Shown one piece after another: positions 9,114 through 18,286 of a DNA stretch of 64,000 bases. A program made the position numbers and the translations under genes. The stretch comes from an uncultured Acidobacteriaceae bacterium (GTDB lineage: Bacteria; Acidobacteriota; Terriglobia; Terriglobales; Acidobacteriaceae), in the NCBI GenBank assembly GCA_964563875.1, contig CAZLZA010000016.1, positions 2,518 through 66,517 on the forward strand. Direction: 5' to 3'. Position 1 is the stretch's first letter, and each line of letters starts with the position of its first letter. The notes beneath the pieces were generated by a model, which saw only the letters and a list, made by a program, of their open reading frames with translations, made no database searches and was not told the DNA's origin.

Positions 9114-9785
9114 TTATTTCGGTTTGGCCGGAGAATCTTGCAGGATGCGGCGAGCACGCTGGCGGGCGATGTTCAGGACCGTGGGATCATTGGCGATACG
9201 CTGGAGCACCGGTTGCAGAATCTGCGGCTCTGGAAGCCGCTGCAGCGAAGCGAGCTCTTCCGCCCGGCGCAGCGTGGAATCGAGCGCCAGCTTATCAAAG
9301 CGATGCTGAAACTGGAGAATCTGGGAAAGCTCAATACTCTGCGAAATGCCTTGCAGGAGAGTGGTGAGCGCGGTGAGTTCCGGCGAGGAGGAATAGTTGT
9401 AGGAAAGAAGCGCGGAGTTTCCCGCCGGGTCGTCATAACGCAGCGTCTTGGTCCCGGTGAAGGCGACCTTCAGCTTGTCCAGTGAGCCCTGAAACCGGGG
9501 GAGCCGGGAAGCAACCGTGAAGATGAGCTGACGCGAGTGGTGGGACAGGGTAAAGCTGAATTCGTAAGGCTCGGGAGCAGGGTCGTCAGCAGAGGATTTC
9601 GAATCCTGGTGGGGCAAGGAGCGGTACCGGGCGCTGCCATCGGACTGAAAGACCAGTTCGAACCATTGCGGGTCGGACTGGGGCCAGCGCTGCTCAAAGC
9701 TGACGCGAGCGTTAGCCGAGCTTGGCGGTTGTGCGACGAGCGCACAGGCAGCGAGCAGAAGACAAGCTAAGCAGAGAGTTCTCAT
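9114..9785 (-). CDS. Hypothetical secreted protein
   Basis: 223-aa ORF with a signal peptide (MRTLCLACLLLAACALVAQP). It is on the same strand as, and just upstream of, the FecR-domain gene. No family recognised. Confidence 0.6.
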   Translation of the reverse strand: MRTLCLACLLLAACALVAQPPSSANARVSFEQRWPQSDPQWFELVFQSDGSARYRSLPHQDSKSSADDPAPEPYEFSFTLSHHSRQLIFTVASRLPRFQGSLDKLKVAFTGTKTLRYDDPAGNSALLSYNYSSSPELTALTTLLQGISQSIELSQILQFQHRFDKLALDSTLRRAEELASLQRLPEPQILQPVLQRIANDPTVLNIARQRARRILQDSPAKPK

Positions 9786-9860
9786 TCGTAGCGTGCGGCG
9801 TGTAGAGTCCAGCGTTTAGCGTTCGGCAGCTAAAATCAATAATTAAGACTTACCTAAGAC

Positions 9861-10361
9861 TTAGCCCAGTGATGCGGCCTGCCGCAACAAAGTGGCCGCC
9901 GTGTGAATGTGACAGATGGCAATGGCCAAGGCGTCGGCGGCATCAGCAGGCTGGGGAAGTTCGTCCAGGTGAAGCAGACGGGCGACCATGACCTGCACTT
10001 GCGACTTCTCGGCACGTCCGTAACCGACCACGGCAGACTTGATGGCCAGCGGCGCATAGGCGACGACGGAAAGACCGTGCTGGGAGGCCGACAACATCGC
10101 AACTCCGCGCACATGCCCCAGCTTCAGCGCGCTCTTGGCATTCACGGAATAGAAGACATCCTCGATGGCAACCACCTCGGGCTGATATTGCGCGATCAAC
10201 GCCGAGAGTCCGTCGTAAACCTTTTTCAGGCGAAGTTCGAGGGCTTCGCGCGGCGCCAGCCGGATGGCGCCGGTGGTGAGGCAGACGAGCGAGCGGCCTT
10301 CCCCCTCGACCACGCCGAAGCCGGTGTATTCGCCTCCACAATCCACGCCTAACACTCGCAT
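9861..10361 (-). CDS. ruvC: Crossover junction endodeoxyribonuclease RuvC
   Basis: MRVLGVDCGGEYTGFGVVE N-terminus (catalytic Asp), central AIEDVFY and C-terminal ADALAIAICH, all canonical RuvC motifs. Confidence 0.92.
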   Translation of the reverse strand: MRVLGVDCGGEYTGFGVVEGEGRSLVCLTTGAIRLAPREALELRLKKVYDGLSALIAQYQPEVVAIEDVFYSVNAKSALKLGHVRGVAMLSASQHGLSVVAYAPLAIKSAVVGYGRAEKSQVQVMVARLLHLDELPQPADAADALAIAICHIHTAATLLRQAASLG

Positions 10362-10513
10362 AGAGAAAGTTTAGCCGAAAGCAGGGGGCAGCGTGAGCCG
10401 ATTCAGCAAACGCCGTGCCCCCGGGCAAATAATTTCGTTCTAAGGTAATCTGGAGAGTTTGTAATGGCTTTGCCGCAGGATTCGCAACCAGCTGTCTCAA
10501 GTTAGGAGAGCCG

Positions 10514-12445
10514 ATGGAAATCCGTTGCTGGCGCATTTGCCTGATCGCAGTTGCGGCGTTGCTGACGGTCGGTGGCAGCGCTCAAACCGTTCCGTTGAGC
10601 GAACGCGTTGTGGCCTACCGGATCGAAGGGGTTTACAACCCCAAGACGCACACGCTGGATGCCACCGAAGTTCTCACCTACACGAATCACACCGGCGCCA
10701 CGCTCGACAAGTTTCCCTTTCATCTGTATCTCAACGCGTTCCAGCCGAAATCCACCTTTATGACCGAAGCTGAGCGAAGCGGCGATCGGGATGTAGAAAA
10801 AGGCTCGGGCTGGAATGATAAGCATTTCGGCTCGAATGAGGTGAAGTCGCTGGAAATTGTGGGGAGCGGCGACGTGACCCGGCAGATGAAGTTTGTCTCG
10901 CCCGACGACGGCAATGCGAATGATCGCACTGTGTTTGAGATCGCACTGCCCCGGCCGCTGCCGCCGAACCAGAGCGTGCAGTTCCGGATTCACTTTGTAG
11001 CGAAGTTCCCGGAAGTGGTAGCACGCACGGGCTACAAGCGCGATTTTCTGATGGCCGGACAATGGTTTCCGAAGGTGGGCGTGTGGTGGAACGGGGCGTG
11101 GAATTGTCACCAGTTTCACGCACTGACGGAGTTCTTCGCCGACTTCGGCACCTACGACGTGAAGCTGACGCTGCCGGCAAAATGGAATGTCGGCAGCACC
11201 GGCGTCGAGACCGGGACCAAGGACAACGGCAACGGCACGCAGACGGTAAGTTTCCACGCCGAAGACGTGCACGATTTTGCCTGGACCACCGACCCGACCA
11301 CCAAGGTCGTGGAAGACTCGATCCGGCTGAGCCACGGCACGGTGAAGATTCGGATGCTGATGCAACCGGGACACATGGCCAGTTCGGCACGCTATCTGAA
11401 CGCGCTGAAGGGCACGATGCGTAAGTTCGATGAATGGATCGGCCCCTATCCCTATGCGCAGATCACGGTGGTCGATCCGCCGCACGGCGGAGGCGCGGCA
11501 GGAGGGATGGAATATCCAACCCTGATTACGGCGGACACGACGTGGTGGATGCCTAAATCGGTTCTGGAACCAGAATTCGTGGTGGAGCACGAATTCGGAC
11601 ATCAGTACTGGTATGGCATGGTGGCCACCAATGAATTCGAAAATGCCTGGATGGACGAGGGAATCAACCAGTACATGGAAGCCAAGGTCATGGACGCGCT
11701 GTATGGCAAGGCGACGTCCAACGTAAATTCGCGGCTGGCCACGGATGGCGAACGGGGCACGGATCGCATGAGCTACGTGCCAGTGGCGGATCGCGATCCG
11801 CTGTCGCGACCGGCATGGCTTTTTATGGATGGCAGTTCGTACGGCGGTATTACCTATGCGAAGACCGCGCTGATGCTGCTGACGCTGGAGAACCTGATCG
11901 GCGAAAAGACAGTGTTGCACGGACTGCAAGTTTATTTTGACCGCTACAAGTTCAAACATCCCGCTCCAACCGACTTTACCGCGACCATGAATGACGCGAC
12001 GGGGCAGAACCTGGACTGGTACTGGAAGCAGGCCATCTACGGGACGGAGACGCTCGACGACCGCATTCTGACGGCGAGTTCGGAGCGGGTGGACTGGTAC
12101 AACAAAGCGGAGGAGAAGAAGGGCGTCACGGTTTATTACAACGAGGTGACCGTGGACCGCCGCGGCACTTTCGACCTGCCGGTGGTGCTGGAGGCGAAGT
12201 TTGACGATGGCTCCACGGTGCGCGAGCGCTGGGACGGCAAGGACCGCTGGCATCGCTTCACCTGGGAGCACAAGGCCAAGCTGGTTTCGGCGGAGGTCGA
12301 CCCCGACCATGGTTATCTGCTGGACCGCGACCCCTTCAACAATAGCTGGACGGCGACCGCCAACCGCAAGGCAAGCGGCAAACTCGCCGGATACTGGACA
12401 CTGCTGACGCAATGGCTGGAGCAGACGCTGAGCTGGTTGGCCTGA
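10514..12445 (+). CDS. M1-family zinc metallopeptidase (aminopeptidase N-like), secreted
   Basis: HEFGHQYWYG (HExxH) followed 18 aa later by WMDEG (third zinc ligand Glu), plus the upstream GGMEYPTL exopeptidase-type motif. N-terminal hydrophobic signal sequence. Confidence 0.88.
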   Translation: MEIRCWRICLIAVAALLTVGGSAQTVPLSERVVAYRIEGVYNPKTHTLDATEVLTYTNHTGATLDKFPFHLYLNAFQPKSTFMTEAERSGDRDVEKGSGWNDKHFGSNEVKSLEIVGSGDVTRQMKFVSPDDGNANDRTVFEIALPRPLPPNQSVQFRIHFVAKFPEVVARTGYKRDFLMAGQWFPKVGVWWNGAWNCHQFHALTEFFADFGTYDVKLTLPAKWNVGSTGVETGTKDNGNGTQTVSFHAEDVHDFAWTTDPTTKVVEDSIRLSHGTVKIRMLMQPGHMASSARYLNALKGTMRKFDEWIGPYPYAQITVVDPPHGGGAAGGMEYPTLITADTTWWMPKSVLEPEFVVEHEFGHQYWYGMVATNEFENAWMDEGINQYMEAKVMDALYGKATSNVNSRLATDGERGTDRMSYVPVADRDPLSRPAWLFMDGSSYGGITYAKTALMLLTLENLIGEKTVLHGLQVYFDRYKFKHPAPTDFTATMNDATGQNLDWYWKQAIYGTETLDDRILTASSERVDWYNKAEEKKGVTVYYNEVTVDRRGTFDLPVVLEAKFDDGSTVRERWDGKDRWHRFTWEHKAKLVSAEVDPDHGYLLDRDPFNNSWTATANRKASGKLAGYWTLLTQWLEQTLSWLA

Positions 12446-12457
12446 GAGGGAGACCCG

Positions 12458-13369
12458 ATGATAAATGATAGAGTTCGTAGCTCGGCGGGATTGGTTTGGC
12501 GTCATCAGCGCATAGTGTGGTGGATCTTTGCGGTGAACCTGCTGCTGGCGTGGCTCGGTTCCCTGCCCGTGCTCGCCACGCTGAGCACGGTGCTGGACCA
12601 CAGCCTGGAATCGGCAAAACTGGTCACGGGATTTGACATCGGCACATTTGTGCTGCTGCTGGAGCGTCCAGATGTTTCGGCACGTTCGCTGGCTCCGGGC
12701 ACCGTTGGGGCAGCGCTGATATTCCTGGTTTATCTGTTGCTCATCGATGGCGGCGTGATTACGGTTTACCTCGAAGACCGAAAGCTGAGCCGCGCGGAGT
12801 TCTTCGAAAACGCCGGGCTGTTCTTCTGGCGGATGGTGAGGCTGGCACTGTACTCGGTGATTCCCTTTGGCTTGCTGGCGGCGGCCGATGGCGGCATTGC
12901 AGGCTTCGCGGGAAAACTGTCGAGCGATGCGCCGCAGGAGCGGCTGGGATTTTTGGTGAACGTGGGGAGCAAGCTGGTACTGCTACTGGCAGCGCTGTTC
13001 GTGCGCCTGTGCTTCGACCTGGCGCAGGCTCAGGTGGTGCGGGACAACGAACGCGGGCTGTTGCGGGTGTTATGGGGCAGCCTGAGACTCGCATTCGGCT
13101 CAGGCATTCTGTTTGCAAAGTATCTTGGCGTCGGCCTGTTTGCCGCCGTCACATTCGCCATCGGCATCGGCATTTGGTTGTACCTGCCACATTCGGCAAC
13201 CGGTGCCAGCCTCCTGGTGCTGGAGCTGGTAACGCTGACGCAGATCGCCTCGCGGCTCTGGCTGAAAGCCGTCAGCGCCCGCTGGATTGCGCTGCTTCCT
13301 TTGCTTCCGGAGACAGTGCAGGAGGCTCCAGCGCGGGCAATTGAGGCGACAGATGTGCTGCCGGAGTAG
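12458..13369 (+). CDS. Hypothetical polytopic membrane protein
   Basis: 303-aa ORF with several long hydrophobic segments (WWIFAVNLLLAWLGSLPVLA, ALIFLVYLLLIDGGVI, LVLLLAALFVRLCF, VGLFAAVTFAIGIGIWLYL). It starts 12 nt after the peptidase gene. Confidence 0.6.
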   Translation: MINDRVRSSAGLVWRHQRIVWWIFAVNLLLAWLGSLPVLATLSTVLDHSLESAKLVTGFDIGTFVLLLERPDVSARSLAPGTVGAALIFLVYLLLIDGGVITVYLEDRKLSRAEFFENAGLFFWRMVRLALYSVIPFGLLAAADGGIAGFAGKLSSDAPQERLGFLVNVGSKLVLLLAALFVRLCFDLAQAQVVRDNERGLLRVLWGSLRLAFGSGILFAKYLGVGLFAAVTFAIGIGIWLYLPHSATGASLLVLELVTLTQIASRLWLKAVSARWIALLPLLPETVQEAPARAIEATDVLPE

Positions 13370-13422
13370 GACGGCAGCACATCAATAATTTTTCTTTCTC
13401 CTCAACTTTTACTGGCGGACAT

Positions 13423-13980
13423 TTACTTCTGGGGCGGAGCGCAATCGGTCATGTCGCCTTGCAACTTGCGAATGGTGTGGGGCACGGCAGGCCAGACGGC
13501 TTCGAGATTCTCCACGGCACCGGCTGGGCTGCCTGGAAGATTGAGAATCAGCGTCCGCTTGCGAATCCCGCAGACGGCGCGGGAGACCATGGCGTAAGGA
13601 GTCTTGCCGAGGCTGGTGGCGCGCATGACTTCACTGAAGCCGGGGACGATGCGATCGAGCACCCGCACGGTCGCCTCCGGTGTAACATCGCGCGGCGAGA
13701 CACCAGTTCCGCCGGTAGTCAGGATCAGGTCGGCATCGCCGGAGTCCGACCACTTGGCGATGGCTTGGGCGATAAGGTCCTGCTCATCGGCGACCATGGC
13801 CATGGTGGCAATCTCAACGCCGCGTTCGCCGAGCCATTGCGCAAGCGCGGGTCCGCTCCGGTCGACGCGTTCCCCACGGGAGCCTTTGTCGCTGACGGTG
13901 AGGATTGCCGCCCGAATTGGATTCGGCTTCACCACATCTTTGCCAGCTTCATGTTTGCCAGATTCATGCATGTTCGCCAC
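13423..13980 (-). CDS. mogA: Molybdopterin adenylyltransferase MogA/MoaB family
   Basis: AAILTVSDKGS...DRSGPAL...ADLILTTGGTGVSPRDVTPEAT...NLPGSP, the classic MoCF-biosynthesis domain motifs. Confidence 0.85.
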   Translation of the reverse strand: MANMHESGKHEAGKDVVKPNPIRAAILTVSDKGSRGERVDRSGPALAQWLGERGVEIATMAMVADEQDLIAQAIAKWSDSGDADLILTTGGTGVSPRDVTPEATVRVLDRIVPGFSEVMRATSLGKTPYAMVSRAVCGIRKRTLILNLPGSPAGAVENLEAVWPAVPHTIRKLQGDMTDCAPPQK

Positions 13981-13982
13981 GT

Positions 13983-16900
13983 TTACTCTCCGGGTTTCGA
14001 CACTGGCACTTTCTCTTCCGTTTCATCCAGCTTGGGCGAGGCAGGATTGGCCGCTTCCGGCTGGCTGCCTTCGCTCTCAAGTAACGCATCCAGGCTGTAG
14101 CCTGCGAATGCGGCAGCCTCTACGGCGCCGCGGATTGCCTGTCCGATCTCCTGAATCGCACCGCGTGCGGGAACGGATTCAGCCGCCAGCTTGCAGAGGG
14201 TTGGAAGCTGGAGCCACCACAGCAACTCCTCGTAGGACTCCTTTACAAAGTAAGAGCGCCCCTCGGCTTCGTGCACCCCGGTGAGCCAGCGAACATCCGG
14301 ATCCTGCCAGAGTACCGACGACAAAATGGGGATGCGGGAATGCACAACCGGAGCGTATGCCGGCGCAACGGGGACAAAGGCCTTCGCCTCGATGAGCAGG
14401 GCTACCTTGATTCTGGCGGCCACGCGCCAGCTTTCCTCAGCTTCGAATCCGAGAGCCTCGAAGGCATGGGCCAAGGGCTCGCGCAGGCGCAGGCGATCAA
14501 ACAAATCGAGCGCGGCGCGCTCCGGATTCTCGGCATTGACGGATTGAGCGAGCAGTTCCAGCGCCGACCAGGCAAGCACAGGTCCCCACACGGCAGTGGC
14601 CGTCCGTTGCGGACTGTGGCTGGGAAGGACGCGGCGGGCGGCGGGAGGCCAGGGCTCCGGGAAGAGGCTCTCTAGAGCGGGAATTCGCATGGCCGCCCGC
14701 ACGAGCAGACGGAATCGCTCATCCATGGAGGCTGGGTTCGCGAGATTCAGTGCCTGAGACTCGTCGTGGTGGGAGCGGTAGAACGACTGCGCCTCGCGCA
14801 GGAACTCACGGCTCCGCCTGCCGGCAGTTTCAAGGAATTCTTGACGGCTAACATCGAGAAGCTTCTGCTTCTCGGGAGGGTTTTTCTCGTACGCGCTCTT
14901 CCCGGATGCGCTTATGTCCGCGGCGCTTTTCTCAGAGGCAATCGCGGCAAACTTGGAGAGTTCGGCGAGATTGCGCACCACGGTCGGATCGAGCAGACGG
15001 CGCAGAGCATCGTGCGCGGGACGCAACTCAAGACCGATGAGAGCATCGTCGAGATTGGTCACGCCGCGGCCACCCAGGTGGTCGCAGAGCCGGTCCCACG
15101 GCTTCTCGGCGGTGGCGCGCAACTCGCGCCAGTTGAGAAAGACATGGCACTGATAGGCGTGTAGTTCGATGGTGAGGCCATGTCCGCCCAGATTGACCGC
15201 GCGGCGCAGATATTCCAGGCCAGTCAGGGAATCGTGGTAGGCGAGGATGATCGCGGGATCGTCCTTGAGTTCCAGACCTTCCTTGAGCCGCCGCTGGCGC
15301 AGGTGTCCGGATTGCTTATCGGCATAGGCAGCGGAATTGTCGATGGTTCCGCGGGTGGTGGAATATCGGTTGTTGTAGAGCACCAGGGCACGCTGGTCTC
15401 CGCGGCGGTTGGAGTAGGCAAAGACGTTTTCATCGACGCTGCCGTCCTCGCGGAAAAAATCGTAGAGCAGGAAATTACTGCTCTCGGCGAAGAGCCTGCG
15501 ATGATGCAGCAAGGGCGCAATCTGACGTTCGTGGCGTGCCACCAGCGCCGGGTCGGGATCTTCCTGGTAGCGCGGCCAGCGATACTCCATGCCGTACTTC
15601 TCGGTATAACCCTCGAACTGGCCGTGGCCGAACATTGGCAATCCTGGCAGAGTGGACATGACGGTGGCGACGCCGAAGTACTTGTCGCCGGTGCCGAACT
15701 GGTCAATCGCGGTGCGCTCATCGGGATTGCTCATGAAGTTCACGTAGCGCTTCATGATGTCCGGATCGAATTCCAGAGTGTTCTTGATCACCGAGCGGTA
15801 CTTGGAATTTTCCTCATCGCGCATCATGTTCATGAAGGCGCTGTTATAGACGCGATGCATTCCCAGGGTGCGGACGAAATAGCCCTCCATGAGCCAGAAA
15901 GCTTCCGCCAGCAGCAGGGTCCCGGGGACCTCGGCAGCCACCCGGTCCACCACTTCCCGCCAGAACTCCTGCGGCATGTGCTTGTTGAATTCCTCGGTGG
16001 TCATGGCGTACTCAGCCCGCGAAGGAATGGCTCCGCTGCTGCCGGGATTGGGGAACCAGAGGCGCTGAAAATGCCGTTTGGCGAGCGTCATGGCAGCATC
16101 GAAGCGGATCACCGGAAACAGACGTGCGACGTGCAGGATGGTCTGAATGAGTTGCTCGCGCACCACCGGATTCAGGTAGTTGAGTTGCGCGGTATCGTTC
16201 CAGGGAAAGCTGGTGCCATCGTTACCGTGATAAATGTAGCGGGTCTCACCACTCTGGCGGTCGCGGCGCTGGAAGACCACGGCGGCATCGGTCTGCTCGT
16301 AGTAGTGCTTTTCGATCTTGATTTCGACGCGCGGGTCCGGAGAGAGGTCGGGACCATCGAAATTGTAAGCGGGATAAGGCACATCCGGGCGCGAGATGAA
16401 CCAGTCGGGATGCTCGACGACCCAGGGCGAATCGATCCCCATGTGGTTAGGCACCATGTCACTGGCGAGGCGAATGCCACGCCGGTAACACCGGTCGCGC
16501 AAGGTGATGTAAGCAGGTTCGCCGCCTAGATCTTCGGCAATGCGGTAATCGTAAAGCGAATAAGCGGAGGCGACAGCATCCTGATTTCCGCACAACTGTT
16601 TGATGGTCCTGGAGGCGCGGCTGCGCTCCCAGATGCCGATCAGCCAGAGTGAATTGAGACCGCGTCGCGCCAGTGCGTCCAGGTCTTCGTCAGGAATCTG
16701 GTCGAGCCGGTCAATGGCTCGGCTGTATTTTCGGGAAAGCTGGGCGAGCCAGACATAGGTGCTTTTGGCGATGAGTACGGCGGTAGGCATCCAGTCAACG
16801 TCGGCGCTGAACTTCTCGTACTCGTTGGCTGGATCACCGAATGTTGGAACATCAGAGTGGCTGGTGATCGATGGCCATTGTTGCGTGCCGGCTTCGCGAC

Positions 16901-17756
16901 GGCGGCGCGCAGCATCTTCGGCGGCTTTGGCTGCGGCGGCCCTGGCGGCGGCCTCCGATTCCGGATTGGGAGGATTGAAGCGCATCCAGATTGCCAACTC
17001 CTCCTCGTGCAGGATGTCTCCGGCGATCAACAGGAAGCGATCCAGGCTTTCGCCGAGCAGAGACTTCCACCGCTTCCGGATCACGGAAAGCTGCTCGCTC
17101 AACGAACCGGGGGCGGAGACGGCAGGTGCGCGCAGCAGATCGAAGAGATTGACCGACGCAGCGCCTTCGACGGGAATCAACGGTCGCGTGGCAAAGTATG
17201 CAGGAAGTTGCTCGGCGACACGACGGTAGGCGGTCTTCTCCACCAGCGTGCTGTCTTCGAACAGTTCCTCGAAGGGACGGAAGGCCACGTTACGGTTCGC
17301 CATCCAGAGCAGCATCATCTCTTCCAAGGCGGCCGCGCGGTGCGAGGTGCCATCGGTGGAACCGGCGAGCCATTCCCTGGGGGTTTGCTCTCCACGATAA
17401 ACGCTGGTGCCGGGAAACTGCTCGACAAAGGTGAGCAGCAGCTTATCCAGTTCCCGCGAACCAATCTGCCCGGAGAAGAAAGCGAGAGCATCGACCATCA
17501 CGTTGGGATCAAAGCGCTGGCGATAGCTCGCCATGAGGGCGTGGCTGGCTTCATCGATCAAACCCATGGCATAGAGCGCGCCGGCATTAACCACGCGCTC
17601 CGGATGCTTCTCAACATCCCGAACGAGGTTCATCCGGTGGGCGAGTTGACGGCTTGCCGCGACGTTCGCGAAAACAACATTTCCGGTAAAGGAGAAGAGA
17701 TTGTCCGCAAACTGATAGCGGTTTCGTACATCTCTGGAGATATGGAATTCCATCAT
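13983..17756 (-). CDS. Very large (1257 aa) GH13 alpha-amylase-family protein with long N- and C-terminal extensions
   Basis: GH13 conserved regions: DMVPNHMG (region I), VIRFDAAMTL (region II-like) and LLLAEAFW (region III Glu). About 380 aa upstream and about 450 aa downstream of the catalytic core have no motif I recognise. Confidence 0.8.
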   Translation of the reverse strand: MMEFHISRDVRNRYQFADNLFSFTGNVVFANVAASRQLAHRMNLVRDVEKHPERVVNAGALYAMGLIDEASHALMASYRQRFDPNVMVDALAFFSGQIGSRELDKLLLTFVEQFPGTSVYRGEQTPREWLAGSTDGTSHRAAALEEMMLLWMANRNVAFRPFEELFEDSTLVEKTAYRRVAEQLPAYFATRPLIPVEGAASVNLFDLLRAPAVSAPGSLSEQLSVIRKRWKSLLGESLDRFLLIAGDILHEEELAIWMRFNPPNPESEAAARAAAAKAAEDAARRRREAGTQQWPSITSHSDVPTFGDPANEYEKFSADVDWMPTAVLIAKSTYVWLAQLSRKYSRAIDRLDQIPDEDLDALARRGLNSLWLIGIWERSRASRTIKQLCGNQDAVASAYSLYDYRIAEDLGGEPAYITLRDRCYRRGIRLASDMVPNHMGIDSPWVVEHPDWFISRPDVPYPAYNFDGPDLSPDPRVEIKIEKHYYEQTDAAVVFQRRDRQSGETRYIYHGNDGTSFPWNDTAQLNYLNPVVREQLIQTILHVARLFPVIRFDAAMTLAKRHFQRLWFPNPGSSGAIPSRAEYAMTTEEFNKHMPQEFWREVVDRVAAEVPGTLLLAEAFWLMEGYFVRTLGMHRVYNSAFMNMMRDEENSKYRSVIKNTLEFDPDIMKRYVNFMSNPDERTAIDQFGTGDKYFGVATVMSTLPGLPMFGHGQFEGYTEKYGMEYRWPRYQEDPDPALVARHERQIAPLLHHRRLFAESSNFLLYDFFREDGSVDENVFAYSNRRGDQRALVLYNNRYSTTRGTIDNSAAYADKQSGHLRQRRLKEGLELKDDPAIILAYHDSLTGLEYLRRAVNLGGHGLTIELHAYQCHVFLNWRELRATAEKPWDRLCDHLGGRGVTNLDDALIGLELRPAHDALRRLLDPTVVRNLAELSKFAAIASEKSAADISASGKSAYEKNPPEKQKLLDVSRQEFLETAGRRSREFLREAQSFYRSHHDESQALNLANPASMDERFRLLVRAAMRIPALESLFPEPWPPAARRVLPSHSPQRTATAVWGPVLAWSALELLAQSVNAENPERAALDLFDRLRLREPLAHAFEALGFEAEESWRVAARIKVALLIEAKAFVPVAPAYAPVVHSRIPILSSVLWQDPDVRWLTGVHEAEGRSYFVKESYEELLWWLQLPTLCKLAAESVPARGAIQEIGQAIRGAVEAAAFAGYSLDALLESEGSQPEAANPASPKLDETEEKVPVSKPGE

Positions 17757-17952
17757 CTGCGAATCGTCCTAAGCAAAGCCTGCCAACCATCATGCCAGAT
17801 GCGAGGGATATCGGCATCCGCCAAAGCTTCCAGAGTAGTCTCTTGGGGGAGGAAAAGCTTGAAATGGTCGCCGGATTCGCCGCCGACGCAACGGAAGGCA
17901 GGACTTCCAGCCTCTGCACTGCCGTGGCGCGGGGGATTTTCCGGATAAAGTG

Positions 17953-17984
17953 CAAGGGCCGCTGCGCGATGGCGGCGGCCCTTG
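17953..17984 (-). terminator. Hairpin downstream of rpsU (CAAGGGCCGC / GCGGCCCTTG, 10-bp stem)
   Basis: Read directly. On the minus strand the stem is followed by CACTTTATCC, a modest T-run. Confidence 0.5.
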
Positions 17985-17988
17985 ACGG

Positions 17989-18189
17989 CTATTCTTTGGG
18001 CTCTTTGCGAATCTTCTTCTGTGCCCGCTTGCGAGCCAGAGCTTGCTTTACGCGGAGCTTCGCGCCGGGCTTCAGATAATAGGAGTGACGCTTAACTTCC
18101 TTAATAATGTCTTCCGTCTGAACTTTGCGCTTGAAGCGACGCAGGGCGCTCTCAATGGACTCGCCTTCCTGCAATCGAATTTCTGCCAA
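17989..18189 (-). CDS. rpsU: 30S ribosomal protein S21
   Basis: 66 aa, MAEIRLQEGESIESALRRFKRKVQTEDIIKEVKRHSYYLKPG..., typical S21. Confidence 0.93.
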   Translation of the reverse strand: MAEIRLQEGESIESALRRFKRKVQTEDIIKEVKRHSYYLKPGAKLRVKQALARKRAQKKIRKEPKE

Positions 18190-18286
18190 ACAAAATCACC
18201 ACCCAACCCAGCCATAATCGGCCATGCGTAAAGTCTACCACGAAGCTTCGCGCAGCGCCGCCTGCGCTGGGGACGAGTGGAAGACG

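Noticed and set aside
10502-12601. 699-aa ORF on the minus strand
   Set aside because: It lies entirely antisense to the M1 peptidase gene, which has clear HExxH/E motifs. Its translation is Arg/Gly/Pro/His-rich low complexity, typical of shadow ORFs in high-GC DNA.
15180-17948. 449-aa and 363-aa + strand ORFs
   Set aside because: Both are antisense shadows of the 1257-aa GH13 gene. No recognisable motifs.
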